64,000 nucleotides of DNA from an uncultured bacterium (GCA_963786935.1 CAWBAN010000002.1:352001-416000); one strand, 5' to 3'. Counted from the stretch's first letter, positions 19,876 to 28,890 are shown. The notes: generated by a model not told the origin, from the letters alone. Numbers and translations are program-made.

Positions 19876-20592
19876 ATGAACGAACGAATCGTCTGCCTCG
19901 TCGCCGCGGCGGGGAGAGGGGTGCGCTTCGGGCGCGAGATGCCGAAGAGCTTCTATCCCGTCGAGGGGCGGCCGCTCCTGGCGTGGTCGCTCCGCGCGCT
20001 GCACGCATGGGGCGGGATCACGAGCTACGCCGTCATGGTTCCGGCGGGATGGGAAGCGGAGGCGGAGAAGGAGCTCGCGGCCGAGGTGCCCGGCGTTCCG
20101 CACGCCGTGCTCGTCGGCGGCGAGACGAGGCAGGAATCGGTCGCCCTCGGGCTCGCCTCGATCGGCGGCGCCGATCTCGTGATCGTGCACGACGCGTGCC
20201 GGCCGATCGTCTCCGTGGATCTCATCGGCCGCGTCGTCGACGCGGCGCGCGCGCACGGCGCGGCGGTCCCCGTGCTCGGCGTGACCGACACGCTCGGACG
20301 GCTCCGGGACGACGCCCTCGAGGGGATCGTTCCCCGGGAACGGGTCGTCGGGATCCAGACGCCGCAGGTCTTCACGTTCGACGTGCTCTCGAAGGCGTTC
20401 GCGAACGCGGGAGAGGCCGTCCGCACGGCCACCGACGAAAGCTCCCTCGTCCTCAACGCCGGATTTCCCGTGAAGGCCGTCGAGGGCGAAGGGTGGAACA
20501 TCAAGGTCACCGTGAAGGAAGATCTCGAGATCATGGGGAGCTTCCTCTCGGGACGAAAGCTCGTTCTTCCCCCGTGCGCGGGGGAATCGTGA
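19876..20592 (+). CDS. ispD: 2-C-methyl-D-erythritol 4-phosphate cytidylyltransferase
   Basis: AAGRGVRFG, GGETRQES, VHDACRP, QTPQ, TDE, NIKVT. Confidence 0.93.
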   Translation: MNERIVCLVAAAGRGVRFGREMPKSFYPVEGRPLLAWSLRALHAWGGITSYAVMVPAGWEAEAEKELAAEVPGVPHAVLVGGETRQESVALGLASIGGADLVIVHDACRPIVSVDLIGRVVDAARAHGAAVPVLGVTDTLGRLRDDALEGIVPRERVVGIQTPQVFTFDVLSKAFANAGEAVRTATDESSLVLNAGFPVKAVEGEGWNIKVTVKEDLEIMGSFLSGRKLVLPPCAGES

Positions 20593-20614
20593 CGGCGGCT
20601 CCAGCGAGGCTCCA

Positions 20615-21109
20615 TTGAACAAAACGCGCGGATCGTTCAGGGTAGGAATCGGCTACGACATCCACCCGCTCGCCGGGGGGAGGCCCCTCGTCCTCGGCGG
20701 CGTGCGGATCGAGCACGGCGCGGGGCTCGCGGGGCATTCGGACGCCGACGCGCTCATCCACGCCCTGTGCGACGCGCTCCTCGGCGCGCTCAACCTCGGC
20801 GATCTCGGCGAGCATTTCCCCGAGACGGCCGAATGGAAGGACGCGGCGAGCACGCGGATCCTCGTCGCGGTCGCGGCGATGGTGGCGCGCGAGGGCTACG
20901 CCCTCGTGAACGCCGACTGCGTCGTGCACGCCGAGGAGCCGAGGCTGGCGCCGCACCGCGCGGCGATGGCGCGGACGATCGCCGCCGCGCTCGGCGTGGA
21001 GGCCGCTCGTATCTCGATCAAGGCGACGCGCGGCGAGGGGCTCGGCCCCGTGGGAGAGAAGCGCGCTATCGCGGCCGAAGCGGTCGTCCTGCTCGAAAAG
21101 GCCGAATGA
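20615..21109 (+). CDS. ispF: 2-C-methyl-D-erythritol 2,4-cyclodiphosphate synthase
   Basis: GIGYDIH, GHSDAD, DALLGA, KAT.GEGLG. Confidence 0.95.
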   Translation: MNKTRGSFRVGIGYDIHPLAGGRPLVLGGVRIEHGAGLAGHSDADALIHALCDALLGALNLGDLGEHFPETAEWKDAASTRILVAVAAMVAREGYALVNADCVVHAEEPRLAPHRAAMARTIAAALGVEAARISIKATRGEGLGPVGEKRAIAAEAVVLLEKAE

Positions 21110-21167
21110 CCGGTTCGCGGAACCGGGCAGGGGCGCCGCGGGGGCAGGAGGGGGAAAGGGTTCTCCG

Positions 21168-22610
21168 GTGAAAGAGGTTCGCGTACGGTTCGCGCCGAGC
21201 CCGACGGGGCATCTCCACGTCGGCGGCGCGCGGACCGCGCTCTTCAACTGGCTCTTCGCGCGCCACGAGGGCGGGCGGTTCATCCTGCGCGTCGAGGACA
21301 CGGACGTCGAACGTTCGAGCGCGGATCTCGAAACCGGCATCCTCGAGGATCTTCGCTGGCTCGGGCTCGCGTGGGACGAGGGGCCGGACCGCGGCGGCGC
21401 GTTCGGGCCGTACCGGCAGTCCGAGCGGGTCGCGGCCTACCGCGACGGCGCCCGGCGGCTCGTCGAGGCGGGGAAGGCGTACCCGTGCTTCTGCACGGAC
21501 GAGGAGCTCGAGCGGAAAAAGGAGCAGCGCCGCGCGGCGAGCCTCCCGCCGCAGTACGACGGCGCGTGCCGCCTGCTGAGCGAGGCGGAGCGCGCGCGGA
21601 AGCGGGCCGGGGGACTGCCGGAGAGCGTGCGCTTCATCGTCCCCGCGGATGCGGGGAGGCGGCTCGTCGACCTGATCCGCGGCGAGGTCGATTTCCCCGG
21701 CGGGATGGTCGGCGATTTCGTCGTCATGCGCTCGAACGGGCTCCCCACGTACAATTTCGCCGCGGCCATGGACGACGCGGCCATGGCGATCACGCACGTG
21801 ATCCGCGGGGAGGAGCATCTCTCGAACACGCTCCGGCAGATCATGATCTACGAGGCGTTCGATATCGCGCCTCCGGCGTTCGCCCATATCCCGCTCATCC
21901 TCGGCCCCGACCGTTCGAAGCTGAGCAAGCGGCACGGCGCGCCGAACGTCGACGATTTCCGCGGACGGGGATACCCCGCCGAGGCGATCGTCAACTACCT
22001 CGCGTTTCTCGGGTGGTCCCCCCCGGGCGAGGGGGAGATCCTCGCGGTCGACGATCTCGTGCGCGCGTTCACGCTCGCGCGCGTGTCGCCGTCGCCGAGC
22101 ATATTCGACGAGGCGAAGCTGAGCTGGGTCTCGTCGCAGTACGTGAAGCGGGGAGGCTCGGGGCGCTGGCTCGACGACGCGCTCCCCTTTTTCCCCGCCG
22201 ACGTGCGGGAGTTCTACCCGCGCGAGCGGCTCGCGGAGATCTTCGATATTCTCGCCGAGAATCTCCCGAGCTTCTCGAAGATCGAGGCGGAGGCGGCCCC
22301 CTTCAGGCCCGGGATCCCCGCCCTCGCCGGGGAGGCGCGCGAAACGGCCGCCGGCGCGCGGGAGCTGCTGGCGGCGAGCGCCGCGTCGTTCGAGGCCTGC
22401 GGGGAATGGCGCGCGGCGGCGATCGGCGCGTGCATCAAGGAGCTTGGTTCACGGATCGGCGTCAAGGGCAAGGCGCTCTACATGCCGATCCGCGCGGCGG
22501 TGACGGGGTCGCTCCACGGCCCCGATCTGACGCGCGTCATGGAGATACGGGGGAGGGAGAGCGTGGTCCGGGCCGTCCGGGGCGCGCTCGCCGGAACGGA
22601 GACGCCGTGA
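21168..22610 (+). CDS. gltX: glutamate--tRNA ligase
   Basis: RFAPSPTG.LHVGG, IRGEEH, KLSKR, anticodon-binding domain present. Confidence 0.96.
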   Translation: MKEVRVRFAPSPTGHLHVGGARTALFNWLFARHEGGRFILRVEDTDVERSSADLETGILEDLRWLGLAWDEGPDRGGAFGPYRQSERVAAYRDGARRLVEAGKAYPCFCTDEELERKKEQRRAASLPPQYDGACRLLSEAERARKRAGGLPESVRFIVPADAGRRLVDLIRGEVDFPGGMVGDFVVMRSNGLPTYNFAAAMDDAAMAITHVIRGEEHLSNTLRQIMIYEAFDIAPPAFAHIPLILGPDRSKLSKRHGAPNVDDFRGRGYPAEAIVNYLAFLGWSPPGEGEILAVDDLVRAFTLARVSPSPSIFDEAKLSWVSSQYVKRGGSGRWLDDALPFFPADVREFYPRERLAEIFDILAENLPSFSKIEAEAAPFRPGIPALAGEARETAAGARELLAASAASFEACGEWRAAAIGACIKELGSRIGVKGKALYMPIRAAVTGSLHGPDLTRVMEIRGRESVVRAVRGALAGTETP

Positions 22611-22638
22611 ACGGCGCAGGAGAGGCGGAGGTGCGGCA

Positions 22639-23652
22639 ATGAAGGTGACGGTGCTCCTCGGCGGGGATTCGCCGGAGCGTGACGTCTCGCTCGCAAGCGG
22701 CGCCGCGATACTGAAAGCGCTGCGCGCGGGAGGGCACGAGGCCCGCGCGGTCGACCCGGCGCTGAGCCCGGGTGCGGACGCGGAGCCGCTCGCGGCGAAG
22801 ATCGGCGCGGAGCCGCCGTCCGCCCCGCCGCCGCTCGCGGCGGGGGAGAAGTTCTCGTGGCTGAGCGCCGAGCCGGTCCGCTCCGCGGACGTCGTCTTCA
22901 TCGCGCTCCACGGGGGCTCGGGGGAAGACGGCACGGTCCAGGCGCTCCTCGAGACCGCCGGCGCCGTCTACACCGGCTCCGGCATTCTCGCGAGCGCGCT
23001 TGCGATGAACAAGGACCGTTCGAAGGCGCTCTTCCGCGAGGCGGGTGTGCGGACCGCGCCGCACCTGCTCGTCGACGCGTCGTCGGAGCGGGAGCGCGCG
23101 GCGGCGCGCGACGCGGTTTCGCGGTCGGTCGGCTACCCGGCCGTCGTGAAGCCGAACTGCCAGGGATCGAGCGTCGGGTTCTCGTTCGTTCCTCGCGCGG
23201 AGGATCTCGACGAAGCGCTGCGGCTCGCCGCGTGCTTCGGCGGCGAATGCGTCGTCGAGCGATACGTCCCGGGGCGCGAGCTCACCGCGGCGATTCTCGA
23301 GGGGGGGGCGCTCCCCCTCGTCGAGATCGTCCCCGAGGGGGGCTTCTACGACTACAAGCGGAAGTACACGAAGGGGACGAGCCGCTACGTCGCGCCGGCC
23401 GAGGTCGACGCGAAGACGGCGGAGCGCATCAAGCGCGAGGCGGCGCTCGCGTACCGCGCGCTCGCCTGCAGGGATTACGCGAGGATCGATTTCAGGCTGT
23501 CCGGGGACGGCGAGGCGTTCTGCCTCGAGGCCAACACGCTCCCCGGCATGACGGAGCTCAGTCTCGTGCCCATGGCGGCGAAGGCCGCCGGCATCGGGTT
23601 CGGGGATCTCGTCGAGCGGATCGCCCGCGCGGCGGCGGCGAGAGGGAAATAG
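22639..23652 (+). CDS. ddl: D-alanine--D-alanine ligase
   Basis: GG.S.ERDVS, LHGG.GEDG, GSSVG, FYDYKRKY, EANTLPG. Confidence 0.95.
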   Translation: MKVTVLLGGDSPERDVSLASGAAILKALRAGGHEARAVDPALSPGADAEPLAAKIGAEPPSAPPPLAAGEKFSWLSAEPVRSADVVFIALHGGSGEDGTVQALLETAGAVYTGSGILASALAMNKDRSKALFREAGVRTAPHLLVDASSERERAAARDAVSRSVGYPAVVKPNCQGSSVGFSFVPRAEDLDEALRLAACFGGECVVERYVPGRELTAAILEGGALPLVEIVPEGGFYDYKRKYTKGTSRYVAPAEVDAKTAERIKREAALAYRALACRDYARIDFRLSGDGEAFCLEANTLPGMTELSLVPMAAKAAGIGFGDLVERIARAAAARGK

Positions 23653-23667
23653 AACAAGGAGTCGTCG

Positions 23668-24729
23668 ATGGATCGCGTTGAAACGTTGATGAAGGAGTTC
23701 ACCGAGGCGACCGGCGTCCCCGGTTACGAGGGAGAGATCGCGGCGCTCATGGAGCGGCATCTCGCCCCGGTCGCCGTCATCGAAAAGGACCGTCTCGGCT
23801 CGTGCATCGCGCGGCTCAAGGGGCGCGCCGAGCGCCCGCGGATCATGCTCGCCGCGCACATGGACGAGGTCGGATTCATGGTGTCCCATTTCTCGGGATC
23901 GTTCGTGCGGTTCAATCCGCTCGGCGGATGGTGGTACCCGCGCATGATCGGGCTCCCGGTGTCGATCCGCACGGCGAAGGGCGAGGTGAGCGGCGTCATC
24001 GCGACGAAGAATCCGTACGAAATGGAAGACGAGGAGCGCAAGGGGCCCTTCAAGGCGAAGGACCTCTACATCGACGTCGGCCTTTTCGGGAAGAAGAGCC
24101 CCGAGACGCTCGGCATCCGCCCCGGCGATCCCGTCGCGCCCCGGCTCCCCTTCACGGTCCTCGACGGGGGGCGCTCCTACATGGCGAAGGCGTGGGACGA
24201 CCGGGCCGGCTGCGTCATGCTGATCGAGGTGCTCCGGGCGCTCGCGCGCGTGAAGCTTCCGAACGCCGTCTACGGCGTCGGCACCGTGCAGGAGGAGGTC
24301 GGGATCCGCGGCGCGATGACGAGCGGATTCCGCACGAATCCCGACGTCTGTCTCGTTCTCGAGGTGGACATCGCGCAGGATACTCCCGGCTCCGCCGACG
24401 GGGTTCCGGGAAAGCTCGGCGGCGGCGTCTCGATCTGCGTCTACGACGCCACGCTCATTCCGAACACGAGGCTCCGCGACCACGTCGTCGCCGTCGCGAA
24501 GCGCAGGAAGATCCCGTTCCAGTACAGCGCCGTCGCCTTCGGCGGCACGGACGGGGGGCGGGTGCACACGACCGCGGCGGGCGTGCCGACGCTCGTGATC
24601 AGCGTGGCGACGCGCCACATCCACAGCGCCGCGGGGATCCTGTGCCGGAAGGACTTCGACAACGCGGTGAAGCTCGTCACCGAGGTCGTGAAGACGCTGG
24701 ACGAGAAGACCGTCGCGGATCTCGCCTGA
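23668..24729 (+). CDS. M42 family metallopeptidase
   Basis: AHMDEVG, KAWDDR, QEEVGIRGA, GGTD, RHIHS. Confidence 0.93.
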   Translation: MDRVETLMKEFTEATGVPGYEGEIAALMERHLAPVAVIEKDRLGSCIARLKGRAERPRIMLAAHMDEVGFMVSHFSGSFVRFNPLGGWWYPRMIGLPVSIRTAKGEVSGVIATKNPYEMEDEERKGPFKAKDLYIDVGLFGKKSPETLGIRPGDPVAPRLPFTVLDGGRSYMAKAWDDRAGCVMLIEVLRALARVKLPNAVYGVGTVQEEVGIRGAMTSGFRTNPDVCLVLEVDIAQDTPGSADGVPGKLGGGVSICVYDATLIPNTRLRDHVVAVAKRRKIPFQYSAVAFGGTDGGRVHTTAAGVPTLVISVATRHIHSAAGILCRKDFDNAVKLVTEVVKTLDEKTVADLA

Positions 24730-24757
24730 CGGATCGACGGGGAGAAAGGACTCACGG

Positions 24758-26197
24758 ATGGCTCTCAAGGTCTACGATACGCTCCGCGCGCGGAAGGAAG
24801 AGTTCACGCCGGTGAGCCCCGGCAAGGTCGGGATCTATTTCTGCGGCATGACGGTGCAGGACCGGCCGCACATCGGGCATATGCTCGCCTTCGTCGCCGG
24901 CGACATGATACGGCGGCACCTCGCGTTCAAGGGCTACGAGGTGACGTACATCCAGAATTTCACCGATATCGACGACAAGATCATCGCCAAGGCGAACGAG
25001 GAGGGGGTCGACTACCGCGTCATCGCCGAGCGGAACATGAAGGAATACTTCCGATACGCCGACGAGCTCAACATCATCAAGGCGGACCGCTATCCCCTCG
25101 CCACGCAGCACATTCCGGACATCGTCGCGCTCATCCAGTCGCTCGTGGACAAGGGATTCGCCTACGACGCCGGCGGGGACGTGTACTTCCGCGTCCGCGC
25201 GTTCCCGCAGTACGGGAGGCTCTCGAAGCGCAACGTCGACGAGCTCGTCAGCGGCGCGCGCATCGAGGTCGGCGAGCGGAAGGAGGATCCGCTCGACTTC
25301 ACCCTCTGGAAGGGGGCCAAGGAGGGGGAGCCCGCGTGGGAGAGCCCCTGGGGGCCCGGCCGCCCCGGCTGGCACATCGAATGCTCGGCGATGTCGATGA
25401 AGTATCTCGGGACGACGATCGACATGCACGGCGGCGGGCAGGACCTCATCTTCCCCCATCACGAGAACGAGATCGCCCAGAGCGAGGCGTCGACGGGGAA
25501 GACGTTCATCCACTACTGGATGCACAACGGCCTCCTGAACCTTCGCGGCGAAAAGATGTCGAAATCGACGGGGCATTTCTTCGCGATCGAGGACATCAAC
25601 CGCGAGTTCAGCGGCGAGGTGATCAGGTTCTACCTCCTGTCGACCCATTTCCGGAGCGGCACCGAGTTCAGCCGCGAGCGTCTCAAGGAGGCCGAAGCGG
25701 GCCTCGAGCGCATCCGGAACGCGTGCGTCTACGTCGACGAGCGGCTCACGGCGCTTCGCGCCGCGCCCCCGCGCCCGGCCTCGCCCGCGGCCGGGAGCCT
25801 CGCCGCGCTCGTCGAGGACGTGAAACGGGATTTCGTCGAGGCGATGGACGACGACTTCAACAGCGCCGAGGCGATCGGGCACGTCTTCCGGCTCGTCCGC
25901 GAGATCAACCGGGTCCGCGCCGAGGGGGACGAGGGCGCCGCCCAGCGCGCCGAAGCGTTCGAAAAGCTCCGCGAGGCGCTCGGAATATTCGATTCCGTTC
26001 TCGGCCTCTTCAGGGGAGGGCTCCCGAAAGCAGGGCTCGAGATCCCGCGCGAGGTCGCCGGTCTCGTCGCCGAGCGGGAGCGCGCCCGCGCGGAGAAGAG
26101 GTGGGCCGATGCGGATACCCTCCGCAAGAAGATCGCGGAGCTCGGCTTCGTCGTCGAGGACCGGCCCGGCGGCTCGTTCGTCAAGCCGGCGAAATAG
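24758..26197 (+). CDS. cysS: cysteine--tRNA ligase
   Basis: HIGH, GRPGWHIECS, FPHHENE, KMSKS. Confidence 0.98.
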   Translation: MALKVYDTLRARKEEFTPVSPGKVGIYFCGMTVQDRPHIGHMLAFVAGDMIRRHLAFKGYEVTYIQNFTDIDDKIIAKANEEGVDYRVIAERNMKEYFRYADELNIIKADRYPLATQHIPDIVALIQSLVDKGFAYDAGGDVYFRVRAFPQYGRLSKRNVDELVSGARIEVGERKEDPLDFTLWKGAKEGEPAWESPWGPGRPGWHIECSAMSMKYLGTTIDMHGGGQDLIFPHHENEIAQSEASTGKTFIHYWMHNGLLNLRGEKMSKSTGHFFAIEDINREFSGEVIRFYLLSTHFRSGTEFSRERLKEAEAGLERIRNACVYVDERLTALRAAPPRPASPAAGSLAALVEDVKRDFVEAMDDDFNSAEAIGHVFRLVREINRVRAEGDEGAAQRAEAFEKLREALGIFDSVLGLFRGGLPKAGLEIPREVAGLVAERERARAEKRWADADTLRKKIAELGFVVEDRPGGSFVKPAK

Positions 26198-26292
26198 CCG
26201 GGCCTTTGCCGCGAAATCCGGAAAAACCGCGAAACCGGGCCCGGGCGCCGCGGGCTTCGTCGACGTCGCGCGGCGGAGCGCCACGCGGCCCC

Positions 26293-26808
26293 TCATGCGC
26301 TTTTATCTCTGAAAAACGGAAACGCCGACCGGATCGGCAGGAGCGCGAGCCAGAGCAGGATCGGCAGGAAGAAGTTATTGGAGAGACTGAGGATTTCGGT
26401 TCCCGTCCACCACGCCTCGCTCTCGCGGTACGCGCTCACGAACGCGAGCGTGACGGTGAGCGCGTTCGCGACGGCGAGGATGGCGATTCCGATCGCCGCG
26501 CCCCGGAGCTTGGCCCTCCACGAGATGTGCCCCACGGCGACGACGAGCGAGAGAAAGACGAAGGGATTGAGGGCGATATCCTCGGTGATCCTGACGGCGT
26601 TTTCCATCACGAACTCGTAGCCGAAGATGGCGAGCGCGGGCTTCGCCATGAGCGCGATGCCCCGCACCCAGTATTTTCCGATGACGAAGTAGTAGAGCAG
26701 GTAGAGCGCCACCGACACGGCGAGGAACCGGAGGAAGAAGAGGAGGATCTCCCGCGCGGCGCCGCGCAGGGAGGCGTCGTTCGCGTTTATATCGTCTTTT
26801 GCGCTCAT
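26293..26808 (-). CDS. exosortase-associated membrane protein (exosortase-like, no catalytic residues)
   Basis: Start MSAKDD overlaps the upstream stop (ATGA); about four hydrophobic helices; SWRAKLRGAAIGIAILAVAN aligns by eye with the neighbouring exosortase. Confidence 0.75.
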   Translation of the reverse strand: MSAKDDINANDASLRGAAREILLFFLRFLAVSVALYLLYYFVIGKYWVRGIALMAKPALAIFGYEFVMENAVRITEDIALNPFVFLSLVVAVGHISWRAKLRGAAIGIAILAVANALTVTLAFVSAYRESEAWWTGTEILSLSNNFFLPILLWLALLPIRSAFPFFRDKSA

Positions 26809-27371
26809 GGTGTCCGCCCGGCGGCGCGCGGCTTCACGATCTTCCACATCCACCAGATGACGAGCAGCAGCATGAAGATAACGAAGCCGACCTGCCACAG
26901 ATACGCGTGAAAGAAGTTGAAGAGATCCGGCCGATGGTACATCACGAGGGAGATGAACACCATCCGCGCGAGATTGAGGATGTGGATCCCGGGGATGCCG
27001 GCGAGGAGTCCGATGAGCTTCTCGCCGATCCGCGCCGGATACGCCCCGATGATGGAGAAATAGATGATCGTCGTGTACAGCCCCGTGCATTCGGGAATCA
27101 CGACGAGGCTATCGCCGCCGTGCGCGGTGTAGAAGAGGAGCGTCGAGCCCTTGAGCTGGTGGGAATAGCCGAGACGTTCGAGGCAAAACGCGACTTCCCG
27201 GGCGACGGCCACGTTCAGCCGATCGACGACCCCGGGAAGCATCCTGGTCAAAAAATAGGAAAGAAGCCAGATGATGAAGAAGAGAATCAGGAAGAGCAGG
27301 AACTCCGTCCGGAAGGTCGAGCCTCCCGGCTTCTTCTTTTCTCCGCCTTCTGGCTTCTTTCCGTGGCCCAA
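26805..27371 (-). CDS. exosortase/archaeosortase family protein (exosortase H-like)
   Basis: TTG start; IPECTG (Cys), ILNLARM (Arg), FHAYLWQ (His) in a short multi-TM protein. Confidence 0.88.
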   Translation of the reverse strand: MGHGKKPEGGEKKKPGGSTFRTEFLLFLILFFIIWLLSYFLTRMLPGVVDRLNVAVAREVAFCLERLGYSHQLKGSTLLFYTAHGGDSLVVIPECTGLYTTIIYFSIIGAYPARIGEKLIGLLAGIPGIHILNLARMVFISLVMYHRPDLFNFFHAYLWQVGFVIFMLLLVIWWMWKIVKPRAAGRTP

Positions 27372-27419
27372 TGAGTCACTCTCTACGAGTTACCCGCAAA
27401 CAAAGTACATTCTGGCGCT

Positions 27420-28409
27420 CTAGGCTCTGCTCACTGCGCGTCTCCGCATGAAGACGGCGGCAGCGAGGATCAGAGCGAGCACGAGAATCGTCACGACCGG
27501 AACCGTGAATAGCGGCACGGGCTCGGGCTCGATGACGTGGATGACCTGAACGCAGGTGTCGTACACGACCGGCGTGGGCGTCCAGACGATGATCGTCAGG
27601 ACATCCTCATCGTTCTCGAGAGCGATACCGGCATCGATGATACCGTAGATGTCTCTGCACGCGCCACCGTCGACCGTGACCGATCCCGACTGATTGATGA
27701 CGGGGATGCGGCCGGCGACGCCGACGTTCGTGATGTTGTAGCTGTAGAGCGTCGGAGGAGCGCAATCATCCTGGTTGCAGATCGTGAACGGAATGTACGC
27801 CTGGGTCTGTCCGCGATCGACGAGCGTCAGGGTATCCTGGAACACGCCGAGCGCCGGGGGCGCCGCGACGACCGTGATGATCAGGGTGTCGGCGTTGTAG
27901 TACTTGACACCGGTCGCCGGACGGATGTTCGGATCCTGGCAGTCGCCGCACTCCGGAGCGCAGGCACCGGCGATGTTGGCGTAGGAGACCTTGCAGATCA
28001 CCGTGTCAACAGTGCCGACGACCGCGTCGCACGGAGCGGTAATCAGAATGTTCTGATACCAGATGTACCCACCAGCCGGAAGCTCCTGGAGCTCCTGATC
28101 AACCGGATCGAGCGTGAGCGTCCAGCCCCTCGCGCTCCAGGTGTGGGCGCAGAGGGTGTCCAGAGCCGTGCAGCCAACCGTGTTGTACGGCGTCGCGTTG
28201 TACGGAGCGACCGTGTAATCCAGCGTCGCGCCCGGAGTGATGTTCGCGAAATCCGGACCCGGCTGGTTGAACGGAATGCCGTCGTACTGACCGAAACCGT
28301 AGCGCAAACAGGGGTCGCCTTCCCAGAGGCAGCCCGCCGGGGGCTGCGCGAGGGCGATGCCCGGCATAAGCAGGAGAGTGAGCGCCAGAATCGCAAATAG
28401 CTTCTTCAT
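27420..28409 (-). CDS. Cys-rich secreted surface protein with C-terminal sorting signal
   Basis: SD GGAGG; signal peptide MKKLFAILALTLLLMPGIALA; tail PEPVPLFTVP + hydrophobic helix + MRRR. Confidence 0.85.
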   Translation of the reverse strand: MKKLFAILALTLLLMPGIALAQPPAGCLWEGDPCLRYGFGQYDGIPFNQPGPDFANITPGATLDYTVAPYNATPYNTVGCTALDTLCAHTWSARGWTLTLDPVDQELQELPAGGYIWYQNILITAPCDAVVGTVDTVICKVSYANIAGACAPECGDCQDPNIRPATGVKYYNADTLIITVVAAPPALGVFQDTLTLVDRGQTQAYIPFTICNQDDCAPPTLYSYNITNVGVAGRIPVINQSGSVTVDGGACRDIYGIIDAGIALENDEDVLTIIVWTPTPVVYDTCVQVIHVIEPEPVPLFTVPVVTILVLALILAAAVFMRRRAVSRA

Positions 28410-28598
28410 TTTCAATTCCTCCAAACGTTGAACAATCTTGCTTTGTCTTTTATGGGCCCGATGATGGTTTTCCGCCGGTTTCAGGCAACCGGCAACCGTT
28501 CATCAGGGTTAATTGCCATTGGTTCCCGTTGATTTATAAGAGGTTTCCTCCCTCCTTTCCTTGGTCGGTCTCGCCGCTAGACACCGCCGGCGACAAAC

Positions 28599-28635
28599 AA
28601 AAAAAGGCACAGGCGCACAACCGCGCACCTATACC
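28599..28635 (-). terminator. intrinsic terminator inside the surface-protein leader
   Basis: Minus strand GGTATAGGTGCGC-GGTT-GTGCGCCTGTGCC then T7. Confidence 0.7.
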
Positions 28636-28731
28636 ATTCTGTTGTCATTCGTCGCCATAGGTATCCTGCTTTACCCAAGCGAGACTCTGTTGCGCTCGAT
28701 CTCCCTGGGCCTGGGAAGATCTCACACTCGA

Positions 28732-28761
28732 ATGATACACCAAAGCCGCCGGAACGGTCAA
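28732..28761 (-). promoter_or_regulatory. putative sigma70 promoter for surface protein/exosortase operon
   Basis: Minus strand TTGACC, 18 nt, TATCAT. Confidence 0.55.
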
Positions 28762-28827
28762 GCATAAATTCCGTCCCGACTGATTTCTGCGCCCGATATC
28801 CACCGGAACCGGTCCGGCATTTTTCCC

Positions 28828-28856
28828 TTGACAGCGACCTAAGCCGAAAGTAATAT
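28828..28856 (+). promoter_or_regulatory. sigma70 promoter of tRNA-tuf operon
   Basis: TTGACA, 17 nt, TAATAT. Confidence 0.8.
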
Positions 28857-28890
28857 TAATCTTTCGAAAAAAGCGCGGGAGATATCCCGG

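Noticed and set aside
22639..23652. Van-type D-Ala-D-Lac ligase
   Set aside because: Omega loop FYDYKRKY is the ordinary D-Ala-D-Ala type and no van genes are nearby.
26809..27090. N-terminal extension of ORF 26293-27090
   Set aside because: Overlaps the exosortase in another frame; ATG 26808 with ATGA coupling is the better start.
28457..28508. Hammerhead-like CTGATGA...GAAA on the minus strand
   Set aside because: Stem II closing pair and stems I/III with an NUH site cannot be formed; a simple long hairpin explains it.
28640..28700. BglG/LicT RAT or ANTAR-type site (AAAGCAGG; CAACAGA loops)
   Set aside because: Only partial resemblance: the 5' RAT half is missing and the hexaloops lack the conserved G4.
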